From Paraphysomonas bandaiensis (taxonomy: Eukaryota > Protista > Chrysophyceae), in assembly GCA_965644295.1 (NCBI GenBank), contig CBFFRP010000394.1:62001-126000 (forward strand): a DNA stretch of 64,000 bases, given 5' to 3'. Made by a program: the position numbers and the translations under genes. The number at the start of each line of letters is the position of its first letter. The first letter of the stretch is position 1. Shown here piece after piece: positions 25,233 to 40,756 of the stretch. The notes below the pieces were generated by a model. It saw only the letters and a list, made by a program, of their open reading frames with translations, ran no database searches and had not been told where the DNA came from.

Positions 25233-25334
25233 CTACAACAATCCCTCAACAAAGAAGTCGGGCTCGCGCCTTTTCGTGGTGTTCTAGGGGACAAAAGTAT
25301 TGGAGATATATCTCCGGGAAACTAACGTGAGCCG
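25233..25334 (+). ncRNA. Candidate (decayed) HDV-like self-cleaving ribozyme
   Basis: P2 GGCUCGC(25261-67)/GUGAGCC(25327-33); P3 GCC/GGU around L3 UUUUCGU; P4 GGAGA-UAUA-UCUCC; J4/2 ACUAAC. P1 is only tentative: CUACAAC/GUUCUAG, 6 of 7 pairs, no canonical G+1. Confidence 0.5.
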
Positions 25335-25620
25335 AATATATATTGTCAGCAGATATGCAGATATTGTTCTCCCCACTCATAGCCTAATGATTGTGTAGAC
25401 GTATTTGGGCCTTGACGAATAAACAGGGCATCCTGGAATGGGCCCATATCAAGGGCATCCGGGTTCCGGGGTATTGGGCTGCCTACTGAAGTCAAGCATT
25501 CGGACTGTTAACCTGAAGGACAGCGAGGCTTTCGGTGACGCACAAGCAGCTTTCGTAGGGCCAAATAATAGGATATCAGTGTTATGCACTGGTTAGTTCT
25601 CTGTTTCTAATTCGTTTCAA
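25233..25620 (+). mobile_element. Short retroposon family B, copy 1 (HDV-like ribozyme head and decayed LINE-type 3' tail)
   Basis: Colinear with 43927-44493 and the interrupted copy 33692-36156; tail fragment GACGCACAAGCAGCTTTCGTAG...AATAATAGGATATC. Confidence 0.75.
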
Positions 25621-25806
25621 ATGTGCTTTGATATATTCTAAGTCATTGAAAACATTATAATCAGAAAATAATTACAATATATTAAAACTAAAAATAGGGC
25701 ACATTGTTCCATCCTAACAATTATCCGTGCAGTGGTATCCTAATATACTTTTATTATTGATGGTGCTATACATGTATTATAAAAGGGGGTTTCCGCTTTA
25801 AAAAAT

Positions 25807-28800
25807 CTAAGGTATTGGGTTGACAGTATCGCTCCCCTCTAAACTGCATCCAGCTGCATCGCAGAACTTGTCTGGCACCTCATTGTCATCAACTCTATGG
25901 CTCATTACATATGATTTTAAATCAAGTGGCCTTATCTTCGACAGCTCAGAAATATATATCTCATGAGAGATGGACTCATAGGGCATTTGTGCGTAAGCAT
26001 TAGATGTGTCTGATGAGCTGAACTTCTTATTGACGCGGGGCAGAAACGAAACCCCTTTCAACTGGTACTGGTATAAATCCAGTGCATGCCGAAGCTGGTC
26101 GCCCTCTTTCTCTGGATCGAATGTCACTGTACAACTGACCTGTGTATAAACATAACCACCGATTAGTACTCTTCCATTGTTATATACAAAACTTCGTACA
26201 GCATGCATGAATCTTTTAATATGTGACGAAAAGTACTGAAATGGTTTCAATCACTCATCACTAAACCTACTTGGTTATCAGCCCAGTACTTTTGAAGAAA
26301 TGCCGCTATTCCTAACTGCTCCCACATTGAAACATCATCTAGGGTGCGAACTACATACTAGATATTAGAAAGACAGAGGTGCAGGATTTCTTAGATGCAA
26401 TCACCGAACGGTACTCTGCAGTACGCACTATGCATATTTAATACATACATCACTATAATCATTCCATACCTCCCTCTCCGGCATCTACAGGAAACGAAAC
26501 AACGACAGTATTCTCGTCACCTACAGCAGGCTCGATTGAATACCCCGCCTCTTGAAGTGGGGCTATCAGTTCCGAATCCCGCGATAGCCTAACTCGTCGG
26601 AGATAAAAACGACTCTCTGGGAAATGCATACCCGGTGTTGCTCCTGATAACACGTGAGTTGTTTGGTACTTGTGCCAAGATATCCACAGAACAAAATGAC
26701 ATTATATACACTACTTTCACATATCACGCACCTGCTAATAAGGATACTGTCCCCGAGGGCTTAATAGATGTCGTTTTGATTGACAAAGGTACACCAAATC
26801 TCTCAGATAGTTGGTTATCAACTTGCTGGATATGGTTGTAGCCAGCGTCACACCAATTTTTGAGCTCGTGTATGCCCTGTTGTGCAATAAATTGCGCAAT
26901 TCCTACGCAGAAAAACGTTACCATTCACCACTAACATATTATATACACGAGCAGCTCAATATAGAAGAGGAAACAAGTAGTAGTGCATCCTATATGCCTT
27001 CATATAAATAGTACTACAACACACCACAGTACAGAGGCGTAATGCGTACACTACCTAGCCTATGCTTCATAACAAACACGTGTACATTAAAATAATATAA
27101 ATGTACCTGACATAGATGCCCCAATCCTTCGATTCCTCAACATAATGGCGTTGCTCTGAGGCCAGTGTGTTGGGCCAAGAGTGACCGACTTGGCATACGT
27201 TAATGCCACCTAATATTGGATTAATAAGAATGCAGGACACTATGTAAACAATACGATTAATCTAGGATGTCTTATCCTCTGAGTATATAACACGAAAAAA
27301 TGAACGCAACTCATCACATAACGATTACAGTAGCATATGACACAATCATCTAGCATAGCTAAACGATGGTATAGATTACTTAGAGAAATCGCACCCAGTG
27401 TGTGCAAGGCTTACCTTGAGAGTTTCCATATAGTCGTCCATACTGGTATGTCTTACAGGAAAAGTTTCCACTAAGCAACACATCTCATAACTCTCGAGAG
27501 TCTGCTCCAAACAGGGGTTCCCACCAGTCGCCCTCTCATCCAGATTGTTTGCTTCATCTCCCATGCGACTATACGCTCGCATATTTTCCAACCATGCAAA
27601 TCCAGGCTATATAAAATAATAAAATTTAGATGTATAGGAATACGTATAGCCTCCATTTCGTTACTTGATGTACGCATGGCACTCAATACACAAAAAACTG
27701 CCAATTATACTCTATATACCATGCTACTCAGCTGTCGAGATATATTCATACACAATTATAGGAGCTGTGCTCAGCGCATACACTACTATCCTATCTATCG
27801 ACACAGTTATGTAGAATATATTGGATGCTCACCTCTCCATTGATCTTCACCTTGTCACATACTCCACCATAATCCATACCTAAGCTAGCAAAAACACTAT
27901 TATTGGAAGTCCACCCGTATGCCTCTCTATGTGGGTTGACTTTATAGTCTTTAAGAGATATATATTCATCACTAAAAGGATCTCCAAAAGCTATTTCAGC
28001 GGTTCTACGCACATTACCACTAACAACACACTTTCCAATGATATTCATAATATCCACGATGTGTGTCACAGAGAGAGGTTTTCCTGAACTTTCCAGTAAT
28101 ATAGAAATGATACTCTGGTGCATATCTTTCAGTATATTAGGGCCTTGACTGGTACCGCCAAAACCCTTAATGGGAACGCCAGCAGGTCGAATTTGGGAAT
28201 AGTCAAATGTAGGCACAGCATGAGCCTTTGAATCCTCGTTCAAAAATGCATCTAAAAGTATGCGAAGACTCTGTACCCAACCCTCTCTGGAATCTGGTAC
28301 CACAAAAGTTTCATTATAGTTGTGGGTGATAATAGCAGGGTGTGTAAAACTGCGTGTGCGAGACGGCTTGTGGTGAGTGTGCCCACATGAATCCGAGCAA
28401 GAGCTGGTGTGTACATGGTGCATCTTCTCTGATGTTTCCTGTGATGAACTGCTGTCATGCCCAGTGGAAGTACCACTAACTGTATGATTAAGAGGTGGAC
28501 TGGTCTCTGTAGGACGTTGGTGTGACTGAGATGAGGAAGATGAATCACTTTCCAAGTGCCGAATGGTCAGAGTGCCAGCACCAAGAGTGTCGAAACCCAC
28601 CCCAACACCTGCGTTGTACTATCAGTTGCACAATATACTTTACTCCACACATACTAAGTTACTACTTACCCAGCATAGAGGCATCCATGAGGAAACAAAA
28701 AGGTCCAGTAGGATCTTGCTTCAAATCTTCTGTACTAACAAAGGCGCAATTATTAAGTGCAGCATATAACTTTCTCTTTCTTGTTAAAGCTGTTCCCATC

Positions 28801-29298
28801 GCCCATAAACCTCGGCCAGGTGGCAAAAACTTCATCTCAAACATTCGAGTAAACATGTCTTGTGCCTCTTCTTGAGCACTTGTTTCGTCCCACGGCATTC
28901 CTGTTTTCTCCATCCACTCTTTTTGCATCGTATACGTACCATTTACAACCTACATATATCCATATATGAAACTTAAACACAGAATATAATTGAAACACAC
29001 CCGCTGTACGGTTTGATACCACTGCTCTTTGGCACCACTCTCAAGTGTTCTGGAATACGTCCGCATATATACAAACTCTCCTAATCCATTAAAGCCAAAT
29101 GGAGGAGATTTAGATGCAAAGCTATCAACAAATTCATTGTTTAGTTCAAATACTGATAAGAGAGGCTGAGTGGTTGATAATTTACGTATCTGTTAATAAC
29201 AATGATCATAATAGGAATTAGTGTATATATATGTATATTACATGATGAATAGATGATCGAAAGGTTCCTATGAATCGAGTGGGTTTAGTAAGATACAT
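25807..29298 (-). CDS. nrdJ: Adenosylcobalamin-dependent class II ribonucleoside-triphosphate reductase (monomeric RTPR type), multi-exon
   Basis: VYMRTYSR, FLPPGRGLW, ALNNC, GVGFDT, VVSGNVRRTAE, GGNPCLEQ...MCCLVE, KPSGTVSLL, ADNQVSCT, LKGVSFLP, QMPYE, C-terminal FCDAAGC. Confidence 0.95.
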
Positions 29299-29388
29299 GT
29301 TGATATGAACTATCTTAAATACATCAGTTGAATGTAGTGAATATGAATGAATTTACTTAATAGAATAATTCTATTGGCTGGTTATGTA

Positions 29389-29442
29389 CATGTATGTATG
29401 TATGTATGTATGTATGTATGTATGTATGTATGTATATGTATG
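29389..29442. repeat. (TATG)n microsatellite in the RNR/IDH divergent intergenic region
   Basis: Direct reading, about 12 units. Confidence 0.9.
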
Positions 29443-29772
29443 GCGATAGCTGAGTCCAAAGACCGCCATTGAATTATTTATTGTATGCTATCCGTATGTT
29501 TGAATAAACGGGTAGTTTACAGAATTAGCATTGAATATTCCATATCGTAGTTTAGGTAGAATGCCACAATGGGATACCCACTATCTAGTTTTCACAAAAC
29601 TGAAAACTTTACTAATCGTTTAAAGATACGGACACATGTAAAAGGATCTAAAAAAAAAGCGAGCGAAGTATTGCAACCACACTAGAGACTGTTAACTATT
29701 AAATTGACGTACAGTGATATATATATATATATATCTCCTACTCATAATAGAGTGTCATACGACTGACATTAA

Positions 29773-33133
<3,361 letters not shown>

Positions 33134-33691
33134 GGTCATCAGCTAGCGAGCAACTACTGTGCCGATTTACTCCCATAATCTATGTCACTGTGATTAATTC
33201 AGCTGTTGGAGTTGTCGAAGTTCACGTTTTAATAATGAGCAATCTCTACTGATTTTTTAGAAAGCACTAGCTGATCTTTGTGACTAAAATATGCAGGACG
33301 GACAGGATTTGCTGAATAAAGTTTTACTATTGCAAAGTTGGCTGTCCGTTACACACGGAAAAGTTAAATGTCTCGCCGGTAAGTGACATACTACGCAATG
33401 CTACAATTCAACAAAGTTCGGCCTTCTGAAATAACACTGGCTAATAATCAATTGTGTGCTATTTATAGTACTGACGAGTATTATAAAGAGATCCCTTAAC
33501 ACCCTGCAACGTACTCGTATATCATCCTACAGAATACCGACGTATACCATCATAATATTGTACGGGCTACCATAAACATCCGTTACGTCTATATGTACGG
33601 ATCGTCCCGGTAGACTCCAACCCTACATCTGGCCTTTATACTCGTATCTTCTAATCTAATTATAACTGCCATCTACATCTCATCTCATCGT

Positions 33692-36156
33692 CTATTTAAC
33701 GCTACACCCGCAAGCACCAAGGTGCAAAACCCTTTTCGCTCTATCACTCAAAGCAAACTGCTTGACTTCATCAAACAACTCAATACCCCGCTTACCGCTT
33801 GTACTCTTGAGGTGGCCTATTCCCGGATGAGCTTGAGGTGAGCACATTCCCGAATGCCCGTTTATTCGTCAGAGCCCAAAGATTGTTGAGTTTTGCTGTT
33901 TAAGCAATTAAAAGCTGTAATTCGAAGATATTGGAATTATGACGGTTACTGGAGAATACAGTAGTGATGAGCTGTATTATGAGAAGTGATATCATGACGA
34001 TGTAAGATCGTACTAGAAATGAGTGGTAGTAGAGATAACGTGATATATAGTTTATTATATTTATTTTAATCTTCTCTCATCTTAACTTGATTAATGAGTG
34101 AATACACGTCCAGTTAACTTAGTAATCATCCAATTGTGTCATAACTTGACATGGTAGCGGATGGTAGTTGGAAGCAACTGCTGAAGTGTGACCATTGGAA
34201 TGTACTGGACAGAGAAGTAGGAGTGATACTGCTGTGTACAGTAGAAACATACAGTATATAGGATATAAAACCAGTATTATTTATGAAAATCGGGGTTTTC
34301 ATACGAACATGACAGAAAAAGTAGACTGGAAATGATGACTGCTATTGTTATGTACTGTAGCTATGTTGTAGTGGTTGATGAATGTATGAACCCTCTGAAG
34401 AGACCTGCATAATTATCAGAATGATGTCTACCCATGGATGGAGTGTGAGCACGGTGATTCAGTAATGTGTCTGATTCTGTGGATGGGGGTGTAGTGTGCT
34501 ATCGATGGGGGTGCAAGTGATGAGGAGTGACCCACTGGTCCGAACTGTTTCAGAGTTCAGCCAACTTGAAGTCGATATAGTCGTGTATAACCGCCGGCTG
34601 TACTAAAAACCTCGTTCTTGTGACGACAAGAGAGGTGGGTCTTCATCTACGCCGGCTTCGTGGGGAACACATAACAAGTCTATACGGCGGATGAGATTCC
34701 AGGGAAGAGATTGTCCCTTCGTACTTTGCCAGAGAGTAGTGCGGGTGCTGTATCTAGTGAGACGGCTGTACTATAAAAACCTCGTTTTTGTGATGAAAAA
34801 AAAGGGGTGGATCTTCATCTACACGCCGGCTTCGGGTGGTGCGCCCAATAAGTCTAAACGGCGGATGAGATTCCAGGGAAGAGAATGTCCCTTCGTACTT
34901 TGCCTAGTGATACTGTGTATACTAAGTCTAGTGAGATCAGCGTGAATCGTGTCTGTGAGACTGTACCTGCTGAGTCTAGGGAGACTTGTGTGGTAAGCGT
35001 ACGGGTGTTGACTAGTGTGTCCATCCTGGGTGAGGTAAACCTTTATGATGAGGAGATTGTCAATCTGTGTGATGACAGTGACTGTTCTAATAACTAACAT
35101 AATATGTCTAATTATAGAGAGACCAAGGCATAATATATGAGAAGTTTGTTAATTGCCTTGATTTGCTTCAGTGTGTAAGTAGCAGGCTGTGTCTGCTGGC
35201 ATGCAGGAACTGGTGTGGCTTCGGGGGGTGTTGATCGAACTGGGACTTCGATTGTACGAATCCACTCCATTCTTCCTGACAGCCAGAGCGCACGTGACTT
35301 AGCGTTGAAGTTGAATGATGTGGTGTGATTTATCTCAGTGACGAGGATAAGAAATCATACGTGCTGTTATCAGAGACAGAAGATCTTTCAGATGTGTTGT
35401 CTATGGTGAGACTTGCTGAAACGTCGGAGTCATACGTCCACCGGTTTGTCCTATGAGGTTTTTGGTGGTTGCGTATCCGTCAGTTATGTCTCGTGATATA
35501 TGAAAAATCAATGTACAGCTTTGAATTGAGAGGGAGTGTTGAGTTTTGCCGTTGGAGCAATTAAAAGCTGTAATTCTACCCATCAGTTATGTCTTGCGAT
35601 GTGAAGATTCAATGTACAGCTCATGAGGTCTTGGTGGTTGCGTATCCGTCAGTTATGTCTCGTGGTTTGAAAAATCAATGTACAGCTTTGAATTGAGAGG
35701 GAGTGTTGAGTTTTGCTGTTTAAGCAATTAAAAGCTGTAATTCGAAGATATTGGAATTATGACGGTTACTGGAGAATACAGTAGTGATGAGCTGTATTAT
35801 GAGAAGTGATATCATGACGATGTAAGATCGTACTAGAAATGAGTGGTAGTAGAGATAACGTGATATATAGTTTATTATATTTATTTTAATCTTCTCTCAT
35901 CTTAACTTGATTAATGAGTGAATACACGTCCAGTTAACTTAGTAATCATCCAATTGTGTCATAACTTGACAAAGATGAATACACAAGCTACGCTTATATT
36001 AGTGTCCCATGTTACACACACAGGCATTTGGCCATGAGTGGACAGAAAATTATATAATGACTACATATGTGGGTCGTGTCCCGAAGAAATCTCCCCGGTA
36101 CTTATTCCTCTAAACACGACGGAAAGGTGCGAGTCCGACCTTGTTGAGGATTCTAT
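33692..36156 (-). mobile_element. Short retroposon family B, copy 3, interrupted by the LTR element
   Basis: Tail at 33692-33730, body to 33883; resumes after the AAGAT TSD at 35972; head (TCCTCAACAAGGTCGGACTCGCACCTTTCCGT) at about 36150. Confidence 0.7.
33884..35971 (+). mobile_element. Non-autonomous Copia-derived LTR retrotransposon (2.1 kb)
   Basis: Identical 268-bp TG...CA LTRs (33884-34151, 35704-35971); 5-bp TSD AAGAT; PBS TGGTAGCG at 34152; PPT GAGAGGGAG; decayed Copia RNase H QAVSAGMQELVWLRGVLIELG...DSQSARDLA at about 35183-35307. Confidence 0.93.
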
Positions 36157-36603
36157 ATTATTATCAGTGTATAAAACATACATCTTGTTGCGGCCTACTT
36201 CCTCATGTTATTCACCTCATGACCTGTTGCTCCTGCGTCTTAATGACTTGTAATAAGCCCCCTATATATGCTACACTACATTAATTTAGTGATATTATAA
36301 GTAGTGGATGTCAACTTTTTTTCAAATAGAATTACAAATACTTAGCCGACTCGACTTTTTAATATTGGGAAACTATGAATTAATTAATTCCTCATTTTTG
36401 GAAGCGTACCACAATGGAATCAAGAATTCTAACCAATTTGAAATGTCAATTGTAAATTATAGTTTATACCTTTCTGCAGAAATGACCAACTCGTGCTGCA
36501 ACTGTTATGTATTCAATAGTATCAACAAATATTAATTGTTTACTATTATAGCAGTCGGGTATGCGGCATGTATGACATCGCGTATGCAGCCTACAATAAA
36601 CTA

Positions 36604-39417
36604 TCAATGATCTGAAGACTCTCTATTCTTTTCTTTCTTCCAGTGGATATTTACTACATCTACCTCCATGTACTTTTTATCATTGCACATCACCGTATAT
36701 TCCTCCAATCTTCTCCTATTGATCCATTCTGCGCACGGCCCAAACGCATCCAACATTAGCTCGAATCTAAACATCATGTTGACCAACTCAATTTTCCATC
36801 TATCTTCTGCAAATTCTTTCACCTTGAAATAAGACTCGTTCATCATAGCAATTAGTAAATTGAGGAGAAGAATAGTGAAGTACAGAGAAAAAAGTATCAG
36901 TACAAAGCATGCAAACCACGGCATGCGCAATTGCGTGACCGCAATATTTGAAGTCGATGACGAAATACCATCAAAAAGTAACTCCGAGAGCTGTACAAGA
37001 TACACTTTATATGGGCTATTCGGAGTGTAAATCGGTTCTATATGCAAGGGCGCCTGTTGGGACATTACGTAAAATGGTACAGTGAACCCTACAATTCCAA
37101 ATGTGTATATAACAATGAATGTGGACAGATCATGCATTACAATATGAAGGATTATCATGATTAATTCGCCCGTGGAATGAAATCCTATAAGGTACCAAGT
37201 CACTGACAGCATTTGGAGTAAACTCGTAAGACTGAAACAAACAATCTCCATGTCTACATCCCCCATGAATGAAGCCAGCACGGAGAGGAGAACACTCATT
37301 GTAGTGAGAATGTTAAAGTACGACGTCCACCGAGCGGTCCCATAAAGTAGTGTCAAGTAATTCAATCCATAAGCATACAACATACACAGCTCTGTCACTG
37401 ACTCCATCATGCACACGCACAAAAATAAAATATACAATGTCCAAGAAGTGCTTTCGTTAGTGTTTTCAGACTTAGATGAATAGTTCGATCGAGAAACAGA
37501 AACTGCAATTAAGAGAACTGTTTTCATAATACTCAAAACGAAAAAAAACATGAATATACCGCGGCCCCAATATTTCCATTTCTTCGTCACTAACGTGCTT
37601 AAGTATGGAATCGATACAATTTTATGGCAAATATTTCGACATATAATTTGAAGAGTAGATGGCACAGGGGCACTTAAGTGAAGCTGCTTATACTCCTGAT
37701 ATCCAGCTGTATTCGGACCAAGGCGAGAACTAATTCCCTCAAGGGGAATTAGCCATCGCTTACTGGGCCCATATTCCCACATAAGTCGCCTACACATCAT
37801 GTCGTAAGGAAGATACACACAACTGCACAACGTGTCTCTAAATTACTGCAGTGTATCATGTCACCTAAATAGACGACTTACTCACCCTGACTCCACTATA
37901 ACCGTTTCAACACAGACTACACTTCCAAGGCTAGCAGCTAATGTCAGAGGGGAATACCCGTCTCTATTAATCGCATTTGTAAAACCGTCACGAAGATGTG
38001 CCAGGTTTTCGTCATCAGCGGTGTAGACCGACATTTGCATTCTACGCAGCATAATCGGCAGCACATTAGTACGACATAATAATACCACAGAGTTCACTAC
38101 AACTTCTCTCAATACACAGGGCATATCTAGAGAACACAACTTATCTCATAGTATCATAGTGGGGTACACTGAACACATCCCCAGCACCATAATAGTACAC
38201 AAAATAGGGCTTCTAATATAGACAAAAGTATACAGCTCATAACGTACTGGGGGTCAATTCCTAAAAGCTCCATGCCCAGATGTAGGAGTTTCTTGTACAT
38301 TCCCACCATGTCTCTATACATGCACATATGAAGGGCATTATCCCCATATGAATTCGGCTTCGTTAACAAGTAAAACTTGTCACTCGTGGTTGTTTGAGAG
38401 TTAATTATATACTCTACATACAACCAATGGTTACAAAAGTCCTATTTACGGGCAATATCTACTTATATATAATACACTTGTAGTATGTATACATACATGG
38501 CACGACATATATCAGCAACATGTATGAGCATCACAAAGCAATATACGATTTTTCACGTGCAACACGAAGCAGTATGTTTATCACGTATTATACACTAACC
38601 GACGCACTCCCATTGATTAGTTGCTACAGCAAAAAGTAACGGAGACTGTCCAAAGTATGAAATTGATCCTTTGGCGAAGAAAGGTCCCGTAGCGTCAATT
38701 CCTACAAGTTGCCGTCCCAGATGACGTAAAGATTTAGTTTTGGTAAGTTGTTTCTCATCGTCTTGATAATCTCCCCTTTTATCGTGAGGATCATCGACTT
38801 CAACTTCAAGAGATGTGAGAAATGCTACTTCTTCTACGTTACCATGAATAATAGCCATATGAAGTACAGTTTCACCAACATAGTCTGGAGAGTCTACCTG
38901 CATGAGAAGCCGTTACACGCAGTTCTTTCATAACACTGTTAAAGCAGACAATGTTATGCAAGTTCCTGTTGAGGTGTACATATAATGCGGTAACTGCAAT
39001 TGTTGATACACTTACCGTATCTAATACTGATAATGGGCTCATACTAATTAATTTCCTTCCAATCTCATACTTCTTATGCAGATAAGCCCTATAACACATA
39101 TGTTTTAATCCTTATCACTCAACACAATAACTAATATACCAATGAATAATTCCTGGACCATTTGTACCATATTTTTTAATTGTAAATGGATTATAATCAG
39201 CAATAATTAATTCTGATTTCACTCCATGCCAGTTATTTGCACTAATATACTGATAGATCTCATGGCCTGTATGTTTATTCATAGGTTTGACTTCATTTGG
39301 TTTAATTTGACGATATGAGAATGCTGTGATACTATCAATTGTTTGTTTAGCACGTTTAATCCATCCTTTATTATGATTTGTTGATGTGGTGGGTGTATGT
39401 GTATGGTGGGGATTCAT
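36604..39417 (-). CDS. TRPV-like ankyrin-repeat cation channel, multi-exon
   Basis: Ankyrin motifs GETVLHMAI, GQSPLLFAV, GDNALH, GYSPLTLAA; WEYGP; KKW; six TM segments; LLLNLLIAMMNESY followed by W. Confidence 0.88.
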
Positions 39418-39903
39418 TAGAGAGAATAGTGTTTAATGATATGTATGTATCATATGAAGGGGGATTAATGAGTGTAGATGAGGGTTGAGATGATCTGGTC
39501 TATTGACAAGAGGCGTTAAAGGGATTAAATGATCATGTTGTTGTACTGCTGGAGTATTAGATGGTTAAGATGATAGTGGAGTACAGGCAGATAGGAGTGC
39601 GTCTCATATAAGGACAGATGCAGTGTATGTGTTCCCAGGATACAGTATCGGCAGTCAGTGTCTTATTTTACGGAAATATATTGACTCAGAAATTCTCTAT
39701 ATTACTGTGATATAACTACGGCTGAAATACAGATAATTGTTGACTCAATATTGGAGGCATCTTTGAACTAAAATATACAAAGGATGCCGATTGACTGCTG
39801 TAAGAATTCCAACTTCTAGCTAGATATGATGAGTGGTGTGTATGAACTTCAAGTACTGCTGTATACTGTATCACGGTAGGTAGGTACGTTCGTATGATGT
39901 ACT

Positions 39904-40061
39904 GTATGTATGTGTATGTTGTATGTATGTATGTATGTATGTATGTATGTATGTATGTATGTATGTATGTATGTATGTATGTATGTATGTATGTATGTAT
40001 GTATGTATGTATGTATGTATGTATGTATGTATGTATGTATGTATGTATGTATGTATGTATG

Positions 40062-40092
<31 letters not shown>

Positions 40093-40657
40093 GTATGTAT
40101 GTATGTATGTATGTATGTATGTATGTATGTATGTATGTATGTATGTATGTATGTATGTATGTATGTATGTATGTATGTATGTATGTATGTATGTATGTAT
40201 GTATGTATGTATGTATGTATGTATGTATGTATGTATGTATGTATGTATGTATGTATGTATGTGTGTGTCATGTATGTATGTATGTATGTATGTATGTATG
40301 TATGTATGTATGTATGTATGTATGTATGTATGTATGTATGTATGTATGTATGTATGTATGTATGTATGTATGTATGTATGTATGTGTGTGTCATGTATGT
40401 ATGTATGTATGTATGTATGTATGTATGTATGTATGTATGTATGTATGTATGTATGTATGTATGTATGTATGTATGTATGTATGTATGTATGTATGTATGT
40501 ATGTATGTATGTATGTATGTATGTATGTATGTATGTATGTATGTATGTACGTATGTATGTATGTATGTATGTATGTATGTATGTATGTATGTATGTATGT
40601 ATGTATGTATGTATGTATGTATGTATGTATGTATGTATGTATGTATGTATGTATGTA
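39904..40657. repeat. About 750-bp (TATG)n microsatellite
   Basis: Nearly pure TATG, with identical GTGTGTGTCA interruptions at 40261 and 40384. Confidence 0.98.
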
Positions 40658-40756
40658 CAGTTGGCAGGTAGGATGACATGTGTGTGTGTGTATTGTATGT
40701 GAGTTAGTTGGCTGGTTGGGTTCCAGTTATCATCATAATCTCTCTCAATAATAACT

